From an uncultured Acidobacteriota bacterium (GTDB lineage Bacteria > Acidobacteriota > Thermoanaerobaculia > UBA5066 > Gp7-AA6), in the NCBI GenBank assembly GCA_963764715.1, contig CAVXTP010000003.1:117816-181815 (forward strand): a stretch of 64,000 bases of DNA, given 5' to 3'. Positions 1 through 9,020 of this stretch are shown here, one piece after another. Made by a program: the position numbers and the translations under genes. Each line of letters starts with the position of its first letter. The first letter of the stretch is position 1. The notes beneath the pieces were generated by a model. It was not told the DNA's origin and made no database searches. It saw nothing but the letters and a program-made list of their open reading frames with translations.

Positions 1-234
1 GGGCACCTCCGTCAGCTCGTCCACGAATCGCACGCCGCGGGCCTCGAAATCCTTGACGACGTGCCGGTTGTGCACGATTTCCTTGCGGACGTAGACGGGC
101 GCGTCGAAGCAGTCGAGCGCGAGGTCCACGATCTCGACGGCGCGCACGACGCCCGCGCAGAAGCCCCGCGGCGCGGCGAGCAGGATGCGTCGGATGGAGG
201 TGGGAGGGACGGCCGTTTCCGAGGGCGGAGTCAT
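1..234 (-). CDS. ispH: 4-hydroxy-3-methylbut-2-enyl diphosphate reductase, 5' part (runs off window edge)
   Basis: Manual translation [36 protein letters not shown]...[14 protein letters not shown]: PRGFCAGV and IVHN are IspH signatures. Confidence 0.95.
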   Translation of the reverse strand, partial: MTPPSETAVPPTSIRRILLAAPRGFCAGVVRAVEIVDLALDCFDAPVYVRKEIVHNRHVVKDFEARGVRFVDELTEVP

Positions 235-247
235 GAGGGGCGCGATT

Positions 248-427
248 CTATCGTCCCGGCTTGCCCCCCCGCCCGTTCGTCCGGATCTCGGCGGGGTCCT
301 CGCGCCGCTCGCGCAGGAAGAGCGAGCGCTCCAGCCCGCACTCGGCGCAGTAGCGCTCCCCCGTCTCGGCCTCGCGCGGGCAGGTCTCGTTGGCGCAGCG
401 GCGCGGCGTCGTCTCGTTCTCGGTCAT
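248..427 (-). CDS. small Cys-rich hypothetical protein (59 aa, possible Zn finger)
   Basis: [16 protein letters not shown]...[12 protein letters not shown] (CxxxxC...CxxC); ATGA overlap with the tetR stop. Confidence 0.55.
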   Translation of the reverse strand: MTENETTPRRCANETCPREAETGERYCAECGLERSLFLRERREDPAEIRTNGRGGKPGR

Positions 428-1053
428 CGCTTGTCCCCTTTCTCGCCGGACGGCGCGAGCAGGTAGTGGAGCAGCTCCCGCTCGCAGCGCTCCCGGTAGG
501 CGTTGAAGGTCGCTTCCGGGTCCCGTTCCGAAAGCCACTGCATCATCAGTCCGTCGAAGATGGCCCGCATGGTGGAGCCGGCCTCCTTCGGATCCCTCAG
601 CGCGAAGATGCCCCGGCGCATGCCTTCCTCGACGATGCTCCCGTCGATCTGGCGGCAGCCCGCGTAGAAGCGCTCGTTGACCTCGCGGAACGCCTCCCGC
701 CGCGCGGCGAGGCCGCAGAAGTCCACGAAGGCCCGGAAAAAGGCGCGGTTCTTGGACGGCGAGGGGAAGATGAGCGCGACGAGCGCCCGGACCCTGGCGA
801 CCGGGTCCGGCTCCTTCGCGACGGCCTCGCGCATCCGGTCGTGGATCGAGTCGATGAGCCAGGAGAAAAGCTCGCGGAAGAGGTCTTCCTTCGAGTCGAA
901 GTAGTACAGCGTCACGCCCTTCGAGACGCCCGCCCGGCGCGCGATGTCGTCGAGCGTGACCTCGGAAAACCCCTTCTCCGCGACCTCGCGGAAAGCGGCC
1001 TTCAGCAGGGTCAGCCGGCGCTCGGGCTCGGGCGAGGCGGCGAGGCGCGTCAT
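424..1053 (-). CDS. TetR/AcrR family transcriptional regulator
   Basis: N-terminal HTH GFSEVTLDDIARRAGVSKGVTLYYFDSKEDL; BetI-like C-terminal domain. Confidence 0.93.
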   Translation of the reverse strand: MTRLAASPEPERRLTLLKAAFREVAEKGFSEVTLDDIARRAGVSKGVTLYYFDSKEDLFRELFSWLIDSIHDRMREAVAKEPDPVARVRALVALIFPSPSKNRAFFRAFVDFCGLAARREAFREVNERFYAGCRQIDGSIVEEGMRRGIFALRDPKEAGSTMRAIFDGLMMQWLSERDPEATFNAYRERCERELLHYLLAPSGEKGDKR

Positions 1054-1061
1054 GGGCAGGA

Positions 1062-1091
1062 ATCCTAACTGACCAGTCAGTCAGGAGTCAA
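1062..1091 (-). promoter_or_regulatory. sigma70-like tetR promoter (TTGACT-N18-TAGGAT) overlapped by a 24-bp imperfect palindrome (candidate TetR operator, 1063-1086)
   Basis: TCCTAACTGACCAGTCAGTCAGGA matches its reverse complement at 20/24 positions and spans the -35/-10 spacer. Confidence 0.7.
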
Positions 1092-1141
1092 GGCGATGCG
1101 CCGGGGCCGGCTGAAGCCTCGTTTTCCCATAGACTTGCGAT

Positions 1142-1387
1142 GTGAAGATCCGGCTGCTCCACTTCGCCTCCTTCCGCGACGCCGTGGGCCGCGAGGAGGA
1201 GTCGCGCGAGGTCGCCGACGGAGCCCGGGTCGAGGACCTCTGGTCGACGCTCTGCCGGGAAGTCCCCCTGTTCGCCCGATTCCCCGCCATGCCCCCGGCC
1301 GCGGTCAACCGGGAGTACGTCCCGCCGGGGACCCGGCTCTCCGAAGGCGACGAGGTCGCCTTCCTCCCGCCGGTCGCCGGGGGCTGA
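1142..1387 (+). CDS. moaD: molybdopterin synthase sulfur carrier subunit
   Basis: 81 aa ubiquitin-like, AVNREYV...GDEVAFLPPVAGG C-terminal Gly-Gly. Confidence 0.93.
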   Translation: MKIRLLHFASFRDAVGREEESREVADGARVEDLWSTLCREVPLFARFPAMPPAAVNREYVPPGTRLSEGDEVAFLPPVAGG

Positions 1388-1392
1388 CGGCC

Positions 1393-1803
1393 GTGTTCGT
1401 CACTTCCTCTCCGATCGACCTCCCGTCCTTTCTCGCCGAAGCGCGGGCGAGCGACGGCGCCCTCTGCCTCTTCATCGGCGTCGTCCGCAACGAGCACCAG
1501 GGGCGCGCGACGATCTCGATCGAGTACCAGGCCTACGGCCCGATGGCGGAGTCGGAGTTCGCGAAAATCGCGGAAGGCCTCGAGCAGGAGTTCCCCGCGG
1601 TGAGCGTGCGGATGCAGCACCGCGTCGGCCGCCTCGCCGTCGGGGACGCCTCGGTCGCCATCGCGGCGGTCTCGCCGCACCGCGCCGAGGCCTTCGCCGC
1701 CTGCCGCGCCGCGATCGACCGGATCAAGACGACCGTGCCGATCTGGAAGAAGGAGTTCCATCCGGACGGCTCGAGCGACTGGGTCGATCCGACGAGGCCT
1801 TAG
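1393..1803 (+). CDS. moaE: molybdopterin synthase catalytic subunit
   Basis: GALCLFIGVVR, HRVGRLAVGD, SPHRAEAFAAC, IDRIKTTVPIWKKE; follows moaD; GTG start inferred. Confidence 0.93.
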   Translation: MFVTSSPIDLPSFLAEARASDGALCLFIGVVRNEHQGRATISIEYQAYGPMAESEFAKIAEGLEQEFPAVSVRMQHRVGRLAVGDASVAIAAVSPHRAEAFAACRAAIDRIKTTVPIWKKEFHPDGSSDWVDPTRP

Positions 1804-1821
1804 ACGTATACTGGAACCGCG

Positions 1822-2769
1822 ATGAGCGGCCGGGCGGCGCACCTCGCCCTGTGGACCGGCGTCCTGCTGATGATCGTCCGCGTGTCGGGCGCGCAACAGG
1901 TCCTGTACGGCGGCAACCAGTGGCTGCAGGTGGAATCCGCCAATACGGGCTGGCTCGTGCGCGTAGACCCGGAGACCGGCGCCTCGACTCCGATCGGGAA
2001 GCCGGCGGGTGTGGCTCGACTATCGGGTCTGGCGTTCGACGAGGCCGGAACGCTGTGGGCGTCGACCGTCACCGGAACTCCTTCCGGCACGCTGCGCACC
2101 AGCACCCTCATCACGCTCAATCCTGCCGACGGATCCCTGCTTTCGACGATCGGCCCGATCCTCGACGGCCCCGGCGGAGCGCCGATGGGCATCGAAAGCC
2201 TCGCCATCCAGCCGGGCACGGATGCCCTCTTCGGAACGCGGGGCATCTCCGACCAGAATCTCGTTCACGCGGCCGACATCTATCGCATCGACAAGGCGAC
2301 CGGAGTGGCCACCCTGTACATCGACAACAACAACGCCAACAGGGAATCCTCGATCGCGTTTGCGCCCGACGGCTCGCTCTATCAGACGGTGTCGACCTGC
2401 TGCGCGGTCTTCGGCGGTAATCCCCGGTTCCAGATCCTCGAGCCGTCCTCGGGTGCCGTCCAGAAGACCTGGCCCGCCCCGAAGTACTTCAAGGCGCTGG
2501 CGGTGGGGGAAGACGGAGTTCTCTTCGGGGCCGCCCCGAAAGACATCCTCGGAACCGACGTCTCGGAGCTCTACCGGATCGACCCGGGAACGGGCGTCGC
2601 CGACCTGATCGGCGAAACCGGCCACAATCCGATCGGCGCGCTCGTCTTCGGACCGAATGCCGCGCCGTCCTGCACGCTCGACGACTCGTGCTCCGAGCCG
2701 AGATCCCCCGTCCTCCGGACCGGCGCCGAGCACCCCGGCCCGCGCGGGGTCGTCCGGCCGCCGCCCTGA
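1822..2769 (+). CDS. secreted beta-propeller repeat protein, function unknown
   Basis: Signal peptide; repeated blades (RVDPETG/GLAFDEAGTLW, YRIDKATG/IAFAPDGSLY, YRIDPGTG); Pro/Arg tail. Confidence 0.7.
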   Translation: MSGRAAHLALWTGVLLMIVRVSGAQQVLYGGNQWLQVESANTGWLVRVDPETGASTPIGKPAGVARLSGLAFDEAGTLWASTVTGTPSGTLRTSTLITLNPADGSLLSTIGPILDGPGGAPMGIESLAIQPGTDALFGTRGISDQNLVHAADIYRIDKATGVATLYIDNNNANRESSIAFAPDGSLYQTVSTCCAVFGGNPRFQILEPSSGAVQKTWPAPKYFKALAVGEDGVLFGAAPKDILGTDVSELYRIDPGTGVADLIGETGHNPIGALVFGPNAAPSCTLDDSCSEPRSPVLRTGAEHPGPRGVVRPPP

Positions 2770-2849
2770 CGCACGCCTCGTTTCGTTCGGCGTCGCCGTC
2801 TCGACTTCTCCTCGCGAACGCCGCGCGTCCGATGCCACAATAGCCGCGC

Positions 2850-4208
2850 ATGTCCCTGGCGAAAGTCATCGGTCCGGACATCGAGGAGCTGATCCGCGAC
2901 CATCCGGAACAGCTGCCGGCGGCGCTCGCGAACATTCACCCGGCCGACATCGCCGAGCTCCTCGACGACCTTCCGCGCGAGGACCGCCTCGTTCTCTTCG
3001 AGGCGTTGCCCGTCGAGCAGGGCGCCGCGCTCCTCTCCGAGCTCAAGGGCGAGACGCTCCGCCTCGTCCTCCACAGCGCCTCGCCGGCGAAGCTCGGCTC
3101 GATGCTCGACCGGCTCCCGGCCGACGAAGTCACCTTCCTCCTCGAGCACCTGACCCAGCGCCAGCGCGAGGCGATCCTCGCGAAGATGTCGCCGCGCGAC
3201 GCCGCGGAGGTCGAGCGCCTCCAGCGCTACCCGCCGCAGACGGCGGGCCGCATCATGACCGAGAAGTTCGCCAAGATCCGGCCCGACTGGACCGCGGCGG
3301 AGACGCTCGATCACCTCAAGCGCATCGACCCCGAGGTCGAGACCGTCCAGAGCCTCTACGCCGTCGACGACGCCGGCCGGCTCGTCGGGTACGTCGCGCT
3401 GCGCAAGCTCTTCCCCGCCCCGCCGGACCGGAAGATCTCCGACCTGATGGAGCGGCGCCTCCTCACCGTCCGCTCCGACGCCAGCCAGGAAGAGGCGGCG
3501 AGGCTCGTCTCCAAGTACGACGTGCACGCGATCCCCGTCATCGACGCGGACAACAAGCTGCTCGGAATCATCACCGTCGACGACGTCATCGACATCCTGA
3601 TCGAGGAGCAGACGAAAGACGTCCTGCACCTCGGCGGCGTCTCGGCCACCGAGGAGGAAGTCGAGCAGGGCTACTTCGCCTCGAAGCCGTGGAGGAACGT
3701 GCGCCTGCGATTCAACTGGCTGCTCCTCCTCTTCGTGACCGAGACGCTCACGGGCACGGTGCTCCGGCACTACGAGGACGAGATCGCGAAGGTCGTCGCC
3801 CTTTCCTTCTTCATCCCGCTCCTGATCGGCACGGGCGGCAACTCCGGCTCCCAGACGGTCACGACCATCGTCCGCGGCCTCGCCGTCGGCGAGATCCGGC
3901 TGCGGGACTTCGCGCGGGTCCTGGCGCGCGAGGGCGGCAGCGGCCTCGCCCTCGGGATCCTCCTCGGGTTCGTGGGGTTCGGCCGCGCCCTGCTCTGGGG
4001 CTCGACGACGCCGCTCGCCATGACCGTCGGGGTCTCGATCCTCGTCATCTGCACCTGGGCGAACACGGTCGGCGCGATGATCCCCATGCTCGCCACCGTC
4101 TTCAAGATCGACCCGACGGTGATGTCCGCGCCCCTGATCGCGACCCTGGTGGACGCGACCGGCCTGATCATCTATTTCACGATCGCCAAATCGTTTCTGG
4201 GGCTGTAG
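2850..4208 (+). CDS. mgtE: magnesium transporter MgtE
   Basis: N domain HPADIAELL, CBS pair, GGNSGSQT and PLIATLVDATG motifs. Confidence 0.95.
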   Translation: MSLAKVIGPDIEELIRDHPEQLPAALANIHPADIAELLDDLPREDRLVLFEALPVEQGAALLSELKGETLRLVLHSASPAKLGSMLDRLPADEVTFLLEHLTQRQREAILAKMSPRDAAEVERLQRYPPQTAGRIMTEKFAKIRPDWTAAETLDHLKRIDPEVETVQSLYAVDDAGRLVGYVALRKLFPAPPDRKISDLMERRLLTVRSDASQEEAARLVSKYDVHAIPVIDADNKLLGIITVDDVIDILIEEQTKDVLHLGGVSATEEEVEQGYFASKPWRNVRLRFNWLLLLFVTETLTGTVLRHYEDEIAKVVALSFFIPLLIGTGGNSGSQTVTTIVRGLAVGEIRLRDFARVLAREGGSGLALGILLGFVGFGRALLWGSTTPLAMTVGVSILVICTWANTVGAMIPMLATVFKIDPTVMSAPLIATLVDATGLIIYFTIAKSFLGL

Positions 4209-4217
4209 GACGGGTCT

Positions 4218-4353
4218 GGGGTCAGGTCTTCATTTTTCGGCTCTCGGAAACAGTGAGCGACGGCAGAAAAATGAAGACCTGACCCCGCTTTGCCTTTTTT
4301 CGGCTCTCGGAAACAGTGAGCGACGGCAGAAAAATGAAGACCTGACCCCGCTT
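4218..4353. repeat. 69-bp element with perfect 20-bp terminal inverted repeats plus a tandem partial copy (MITE/REP-like)
   Basis: GGGGTCAGGTCTTCATTTTT...AAAAATGAAGACCTGACCCC (4218-4286); 58-bp direct repeat 4233-4290 = 4296-4353. Confidence 0.85.
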
Positions 4354-4410
4354 CGCCTCCTGCCTCCTGCCTTTGATACCATCCCCCGCTCGATCAAGCA
4401 TGGAGGCCTC

Positions 4411-5247
4411 ATGAGCACACCCGCCAAGACCCGCGACTGGACGAGCCCGGAGCTCGACCACCCCGTCATCAACTACCGCGCCGCCGACGGCATCGCGGTC
4501 ATCGAGATCGACGATCCGCCCGCCAACACCTACACCTACGCGATGAACCGCCAGCTCGACGAGGCGATCCTCAAGGCCCGCTTCGACGACGACGTCCACG
4601 TCCTCGTGCTGCGGGGCAAGGGCGACCGCTTCTTCTCGGCCGGGGCGAACATCGGCATGCTGAACGCCGTCTCGCCCGGCTTCAAGTACTTCTTCTGCCT
4701 GCACGCCAACGAGACGCTGCTGCGCCTCGAGCACACCCCGAAGCTCGTCATCGCGGCCCTCAACGGCCACACCGTCGGAGGCGGCCTCGAGATCGCGATG
4801 GCCTGCGACCTCCGGATCGCCCGCAAAGACGCGGGCAAGATCGGCCTGCCGGAGGTCACCCTGGGCGTCCTTCCGGGCACGGGCGGCACGACGCGACTGA
4901 CCAAGATGGTCGGCAAGTCGAAGGCGATCGAGCTCATGATCACGGGCAACACCTTCTCCTTCGAGGAGGCGCTCGAGATGGGCATCGTCAACCAGGTCAT
5001 CGACGCGACGCCCGAGGAGTGGTGGGAGCAGGTCATGGACTACGCCCGCCAGTTCGTGCCGCCGAACAAGGCCTCGAAGGCCGTGGGTCGCATCAAGCGG
5101 TCGGTCAATGCCTCCTGCGACCTCCCGATCGAGTCGGCGCTGGCCGTCGAGCGCGAGCTCCAGCAGCTCCTCTTCCAGAGCGACGACGCGAAGGAAGGCA
5201 TCGCCGCCAACCAGGAGAAGCGGGTGCCGAAGTTCAAGGGGAAGTGA
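4411..5247 (+). CDS. enoyl-CoA hydratase/isomerase (crotonase family)
   Basis: FFSAGANI, GHTVGGGLEIAMACD, GLPEVTLGVLPGTGGT; GGAGG RBS. Confidence 0.92.
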   Translation: MSTPAKTRDWTSPELDHPVINYRAADGIAVIEIDDPPANTYTYAMNRQLDEAILKARFDDDVHVLVLRGKGDRFFSAGANIGMLNAVSPGFKYFFCLHANETLLRLEHTPKLVIAALNGHTVGGGLEIAMACDLRIARKDAGKIGLPEVTLGVLPGTGGTTRLTKMVGKSKAIELMITGNTFSFEEALEMGIVNQVIDATPEEWWEQVMDYARQFVPPNKASKAVGRIKRSVNASCDLPIESALAVERELQQLLFQSDDAKEGIAANQEKRVPKFKGK

Positions 5248-6692
5248 GTCCCCTGAAGACCGAGCTCTTCATCGACGGGAAGTTTTCTCCCGCCGAATCC
5301 GGAAAGACGTTCCCGACGGTCAATCCCGCGACCGGCGAGACGATCGCCGAGGTCGCCGAGGCCGGCACGGCGGACCTCGACCGGGCCGTCGCGGGCGCCC
5401 GCAAGGCCTTCGCGTCCGGGCCGTGGGCCGCGATGAAGCCCCGGCAGCGCGGCCGGATCCTCGTCCGCGCGGCCGAGCTCCTGCTCTCGCGCGCCGACGA
5501 GTTCGGGAAGGTCGAGACGCAGGACAACGGCAAGCCCATCTTCGAGTCCGCCAAGATCGACATGCCGGCGGCCGCCGAGTGCCTCGCCTACTTCGGCGAG
5601 TCCGCCGACAAGCTCTACGGCGACACGCACCCGGGCCGGCCCGACGCGTTCCTGATGACCGTGCGCGAGCCCGTCGGGGTCGTCGGCGCGATCACGCCCT
5701 GGAACTTCCCGCTCCTCCAGGCCATGTGGAAGATCGCCCCCGCGCTCGCGCTCGGCAACGCCGTCGTCCTCAAGCCGGCGTCCGCGACCCCGCTGACGGC
5801 CCTCCTCTTCGCCGAGCTCCTGACCGAGGCGGGCCTGCCCCCCGGCGCCTTCCAGGTCGTTCCGGGGCCCGGCGCCCTCGTCGGCCAGGCCATGGCGGAG
5901 CACCCCGGCATCGACAAGATCTCGTTCACCGGCGAGACCGAGACGGGCAAGTCGATCCTCCGGGCCGCCGCCGGGACGGTCAAGCGCGTGTCCATGGAGC
6001 TCGGCGGCAAGTCTCCCAACGTCGTCTTCGCCGACGCCGACCTCGACGCCGCCGCCCGGGGCGCGATCAACGCGATCTTCTACGGGAAGGGCGAGCTCTG
6101 CTCGGCGGGCTCGCGCCTGCTCGTCGAGGCGTCGATTCACGACGCGCTCATGGAGAAGGTGGTCGAGCGGGCGAAGAAGATGGCCCCGGGCGACCCGATG
6201 GACCCGAAGACCCGCCTCGGCGCCCTCGTCTCCGAAAAGCAGCGCGACAACGTGGCGCGCTACGTCGAGGCCGGAAAGAAGGACGGGGCGAAGCTCGTCG
6301 CCGGGGGGAACCGCGCCTCGGTCAACGGGAAGGGCGCGTTCTTCGAGGCGACCGTCTTCGACGGCGTGACGCCGCAGATGACGATCGCTCGCGAGGAGAT
6401 CTTCGGCCCCGTCCTCGCGACCCTCACGTTCGAAGGCGAGGAGCAGGCCGTGACGATCGGCAACTCCACGATCTACGGCCTCGCCGCGGCGGTCTGGTCG
6501 AAGGACATCAAGAAGGCGCTCCGCACCGCGAAGGCGCTGCAGGCCGGCACGGTCTGGATCAACGCCTACAACCTCTACGACCCGGGCCTGCCCTTCGGCG
6601 GCTACAAGGAATCGGGCTTCGGCCGCGAGCGCGGAAGGTACGCCCTCGAGGAATACACGCAGGTCAAGAGCATCTGGGTGGATCTGACGTAG
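5244..6692 (+). CDS. NAD(P)-dependent aldehyde dehydrogenase
   Basis: PWNFP, FTGET, MELGGKSP, catalytic Cys GELCSAGSR, EEIFGPV; GTGA overlap with upstream stop. Confidence 0.93.
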   Translation: MSPLKTELFIDGKFSPAESGKTFPTVNPATGETIAEVAEAGTADLDRAVAGARKAFASGPWAAMKPRQRGRILVRAAELLLSRADEFGKVETQDNGKPIFESAKIDMPAAAECLAYFGESADKLYGDTHPGRPDAFLMTVREPVGVVGAITPWNFPLLQAMWKIAPALALGNAVVLKPASATPLTALLFAELLTEAGLPPGAFQVVPGPGALVGQAMAEHPGIDKISFTGETETGKSILRAAAGTVKRVSMELGGKSPNVVFADADLDAAARGAINAIFYGKGELCSAGSRLLVEASIHDALMEKVVERAKKMAPGDPMDPKTRLGALVSEKQRDNVARYVEAGKKDGAKLVAGGNRASVNGKGAFFEATVFDGVTPQMTIAREEIFGPVLATLTFEGEEQAVTIGNSTIYGLAAAVWSKDIKKALRTAKALQAGTVWINAYNLYDPGLPFGGYKESGFGRERGRYALEEYTQVKSIWVDLT

Positions 6693-6699
6693 AACTCCT

Positions 6700-6740
6700 C
6701 CCTCTCCATCCTTCGGGGGGAGAGGGCCGGGGTGAGGGGG
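6700..6740. repeat. CCCTCTCC...GGAGAGGG-CCGGGGTGAGGG type extragenic palindromic repeat
   Basis: Hairpin CCCTCTCC-N11-GGAGAGGG followed by CCGGGGTGAGGGG, a common REP-like architecture in GC-rich bacteria. Confidence 0.6.
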
Positions 6741-6744
6741 GAGA

Positions 6745-8703
6745 ATGGTCTCGTCGGTCCTCTTCCTGACCGCGCTCCTCGCGTCTCCCAACGCGAGCGC
6801 GCCGCCGGCGATCGAGACGGTCTTCGCGTCGCTCGAGAAGGTCCGCGGGTTCCACGACGCCTCGATCTCGCCGGACGGCCGGCGGGCCGCGTGGTCGGAG
6901 AAGCTGCCCGATACCTCCGGCATCGCCCGCCTGGGAACGATCCGGGTGGCGGACCTCGCGACCGGCGCCTCCCGGCCCGTGTCGGCGGCCGCGGACGGCA
7001 AGCCCCGGCGCGAGATCGAGCCCGTCTTCTCCCCCGACGGCCACTCGATCGCGTTCCTTTCCGACGCCGCGACCCGCGGGCAGCTCCAGGTGTGGGTCGC
7101 GCCGGCCGCCGGCGGCGCGGCACGGCGACTGACGACGGTCAAGGGGCAGCTCCAGGAGCTGCGGTGGTCGCCGGACGGGCGGTCGCTCTCGTTCCTCTTC
7201 GTCGAAGGCTCGACGCAGGAGACCGGCGCCCTCGTCGCCCACGCCCGCGACGCCGGGCCCGTCGAGGAGAAGCCCGAGATCCAGCGCATCGCGGTCGTCG
7301 AGGCCGCGACGGGCCGGACGCGATCGGTCTCGCCTCCCGCGCTCTTCGTCTACGACTACGACTGGTCCCCCGACGGGAAGACCTTCGCGGCCGAGGCGGC
7401 CGTCGGCTCGGGCACCAACAACTACTGGACCGCCGAGCTCTACCTCGTCGACTCCGCCACCGGAAAAGCCGACTCGATCTGGAAGCCGCCCCTCCAGATC
7501 GCGTGTCCCCGCTTCTCGCCGGACGGCCGGGCGATCGCCGTGATCCACGGGATCATGAGCGACGAAGGCTCCAACGGCGGCGACGTGTGGGAGGTCCCGG
7601 CCTCGCGCGGCGGCGGCTCCCCGCGCAACCTGACGCCCGGCATGCGCTGGTCCGCGGCGAGCCTCGCCTGGCGCTCCGCGGGCGAGCTGCTCTTCGCGGG
7701 GCCCGTCGACGGCGGATACGGCCTCGCCTCGATCGACCCGGCGACGGGCCGGCTCACGGTCCGGTTCACGGGCGCCGAGAAGCTCGGCCATTTCGGGACG
7801 GCGACGCGGGGCGAGGCGACCGTCGCGATCCGCGAGTCGTTCCAGGACCCGCCGGAAGTGTGGGCCGGCCCGATCGGGGGCTGGAAGAAGCTCTCGTCCG
7901 CCAACGCGAAGGCTCCCCGGTTCTGGGGCGAGGCGCGGTCGCTCCACTGGCAGAGCGACGGCGCGAACGTCCAGGGCTGGCTCCTCTACCCGCCGGACTT
8001 CGACCCGTCGCGCAGATACCCGATGATCGTCGTGGCGCACGGCGGGCCGTCGGGCGCCGCCACGGCGTCCTGGCCCTCGCGCTGGCAGGGAACGCTGCCG
8101 TCCCGCGGCTACTTCGTCTTCCAGCCCAATCCCCGCGGGAGCTTCGGCTTCGGCGAGGCGTTCGCCGAGGGGAACGTCAAGGACTTCGGCGGCGGGGACC
8201 TGCGCGACATCCTCGCGGGCGTCGACGCGGCCCTCGCGGCCGCTCCGATCGACGACCGCCGGCTCGGCATCACCGGCTGGAGCTACGGCGGGTACATGAC
8301 GATGTGGGCCGTCACGCAGACCGACCGCTTCGCCGCGGGTGTGGCGGGCGCGGGGATCGCGAGCTGGCAGAGCTACTACGGTCAGAACAAGATCGACACG
8401 TGGATGCTGCCGTTCTTCGGCGCGTCCGTCTACGACGACCCGAAGGTCTACGCGAAGTCCTCGCCGATCGAGTTCATCAAGAAGGTGAAGACGCCGACGC
8501 TCGTGCTCCACGGCGAGCGCGACTCCGAGGTCCCGACGCCCCAGGGCTACGAGTTCTGGCACGCGTTGAAGACGCTCGGCGTCCCGACGCAGCTCGTCAT
8601 CTACGCCGACGAGGGCCACGGCATCCGCAAGCCCGAGAACCAGCTCGACATCCTGCGCCGGAGCGCCGACTGGTTCGACCGGTACCTGCGCCCGGGCCGC
8701 TGA
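6745..8703 (+). CDS. secreted S9 family (prolyl oligo/acylaminoacyl) peptidase
   Basis: Signal peptide, PD40/TolB-like repeats (SPDG), HGGP, GWSYGG nucleophile, DSEV, EGHG. Confidence 0.93.
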   Translation: MVSSVLFLTALLASPNASAPPAIETVFASLEKVRGFHDASISPDGRRAAWSEKLPDTSGIARLGTIRVADLATGASRPVSAAADGKPRREIEPVFSPDGHSIAFLSDAATRGQLQVWVAPAAGGAARRLTTVKGQLQELRWSPDGRSLSFLFVEGSTQETGALVAHARDAGPVEEKPEIQRIAVVEAATGRTRSVSPPALFVYDYDWSPDGKTFAAEAAVGSGTNNYWTAELYLVDSATGKADSIWKPPLQIACPRFSPDGRAIAVIHGIMSDEGSNGGDVWEVPASRGGGSPRNLTPGMRWSAASLAWRSAGELLFAGPVDGGYGLASIDPATGRLTVRFTGAEKLGHFGTATRGEATVAIRESFQDPPEVWAGPIGGWKKLSSANAKAPRFWGEARSLHWQSDGANVQGWLLYPPDFDPSRRYPMIVVAHGGPSGAATASWPSRWQGTLPSRGYFVFQPNPRGSFGFGEAFAEGNVKDFGGGDLRDILAGVDAALAAAPIDDRRLGITGWSYGGYMTMWAVTQTDRFAAGVAGAGIASWQSYYGQNKIDTWMLPFFGASVYDDPKVYAKSSPIEFIKKVKTPTLVLHGERDSEVPTPQGYEFWHALKTLGVPTQLVIYADEGHGIRKPENQLDILRRSADWFDRYLRPGR

Positions 8704-8913
8704 CTACGCCTTCAGCGCGTCGGCCCCGCGGAACGGCGCCCCGAGCAGGGGGGCGAGCAGGCACCGGTTGAAGGCACCGGCCGTGAGCGGGACGAGTCCG
8801 GCGAGCATGAGACGCGCATCGGCGTGGAGCAGGCCCCAGAAGATCAGGGAAAGTCCCAGGACGATCCGGATCCCGCGGCCCGCCGCGGTGGCCATGAACT
8901 TCGCGAACGCCAT
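8704..8913 (-). CDS. YgaP/DUF2892-like small membrane protein
   Basis: 69 aa, GRGIRIVLGL...GLVPLTAGAFNRCLLAPLLG pattern with 2 TM segments. Confidence 0.75.
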   Translation of the reverse strand: MAFAKFMATAAGRGIRIVLGLSLIFWGLLHADARLMLAGLVPLTAGAFNRCLLAPLLGAPFRGADALKA

Positions 8914-9020
8914 GGGGATCCTCCGCTCCCCAGTCTGACCGAGGAGCGTCTCCGGGCGAGCGATGCACTTGCATCAGTTCGGCCGGCGTTGCGGTATCGT
9001 CGGCGCCGACGGAGACCCCG

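Noticed and set aside
4218-4353. Possible mini CRISPR array
   Set aside because: Only two units, the internal 'spacer' is identical in both copies, and no cas genes are present
4230-4472. 80-aa ORF with an internal repeat
   Set aside because: Simply the translation of the DNA repeat, antisense to the crotonase start
8962-8975. Palindrome GATGCA-CT-TGCATC between the YgaP-like and SDR genes
   Set aside because: Single short occurrence with no cognate regulator or second copy seen; insufficient support
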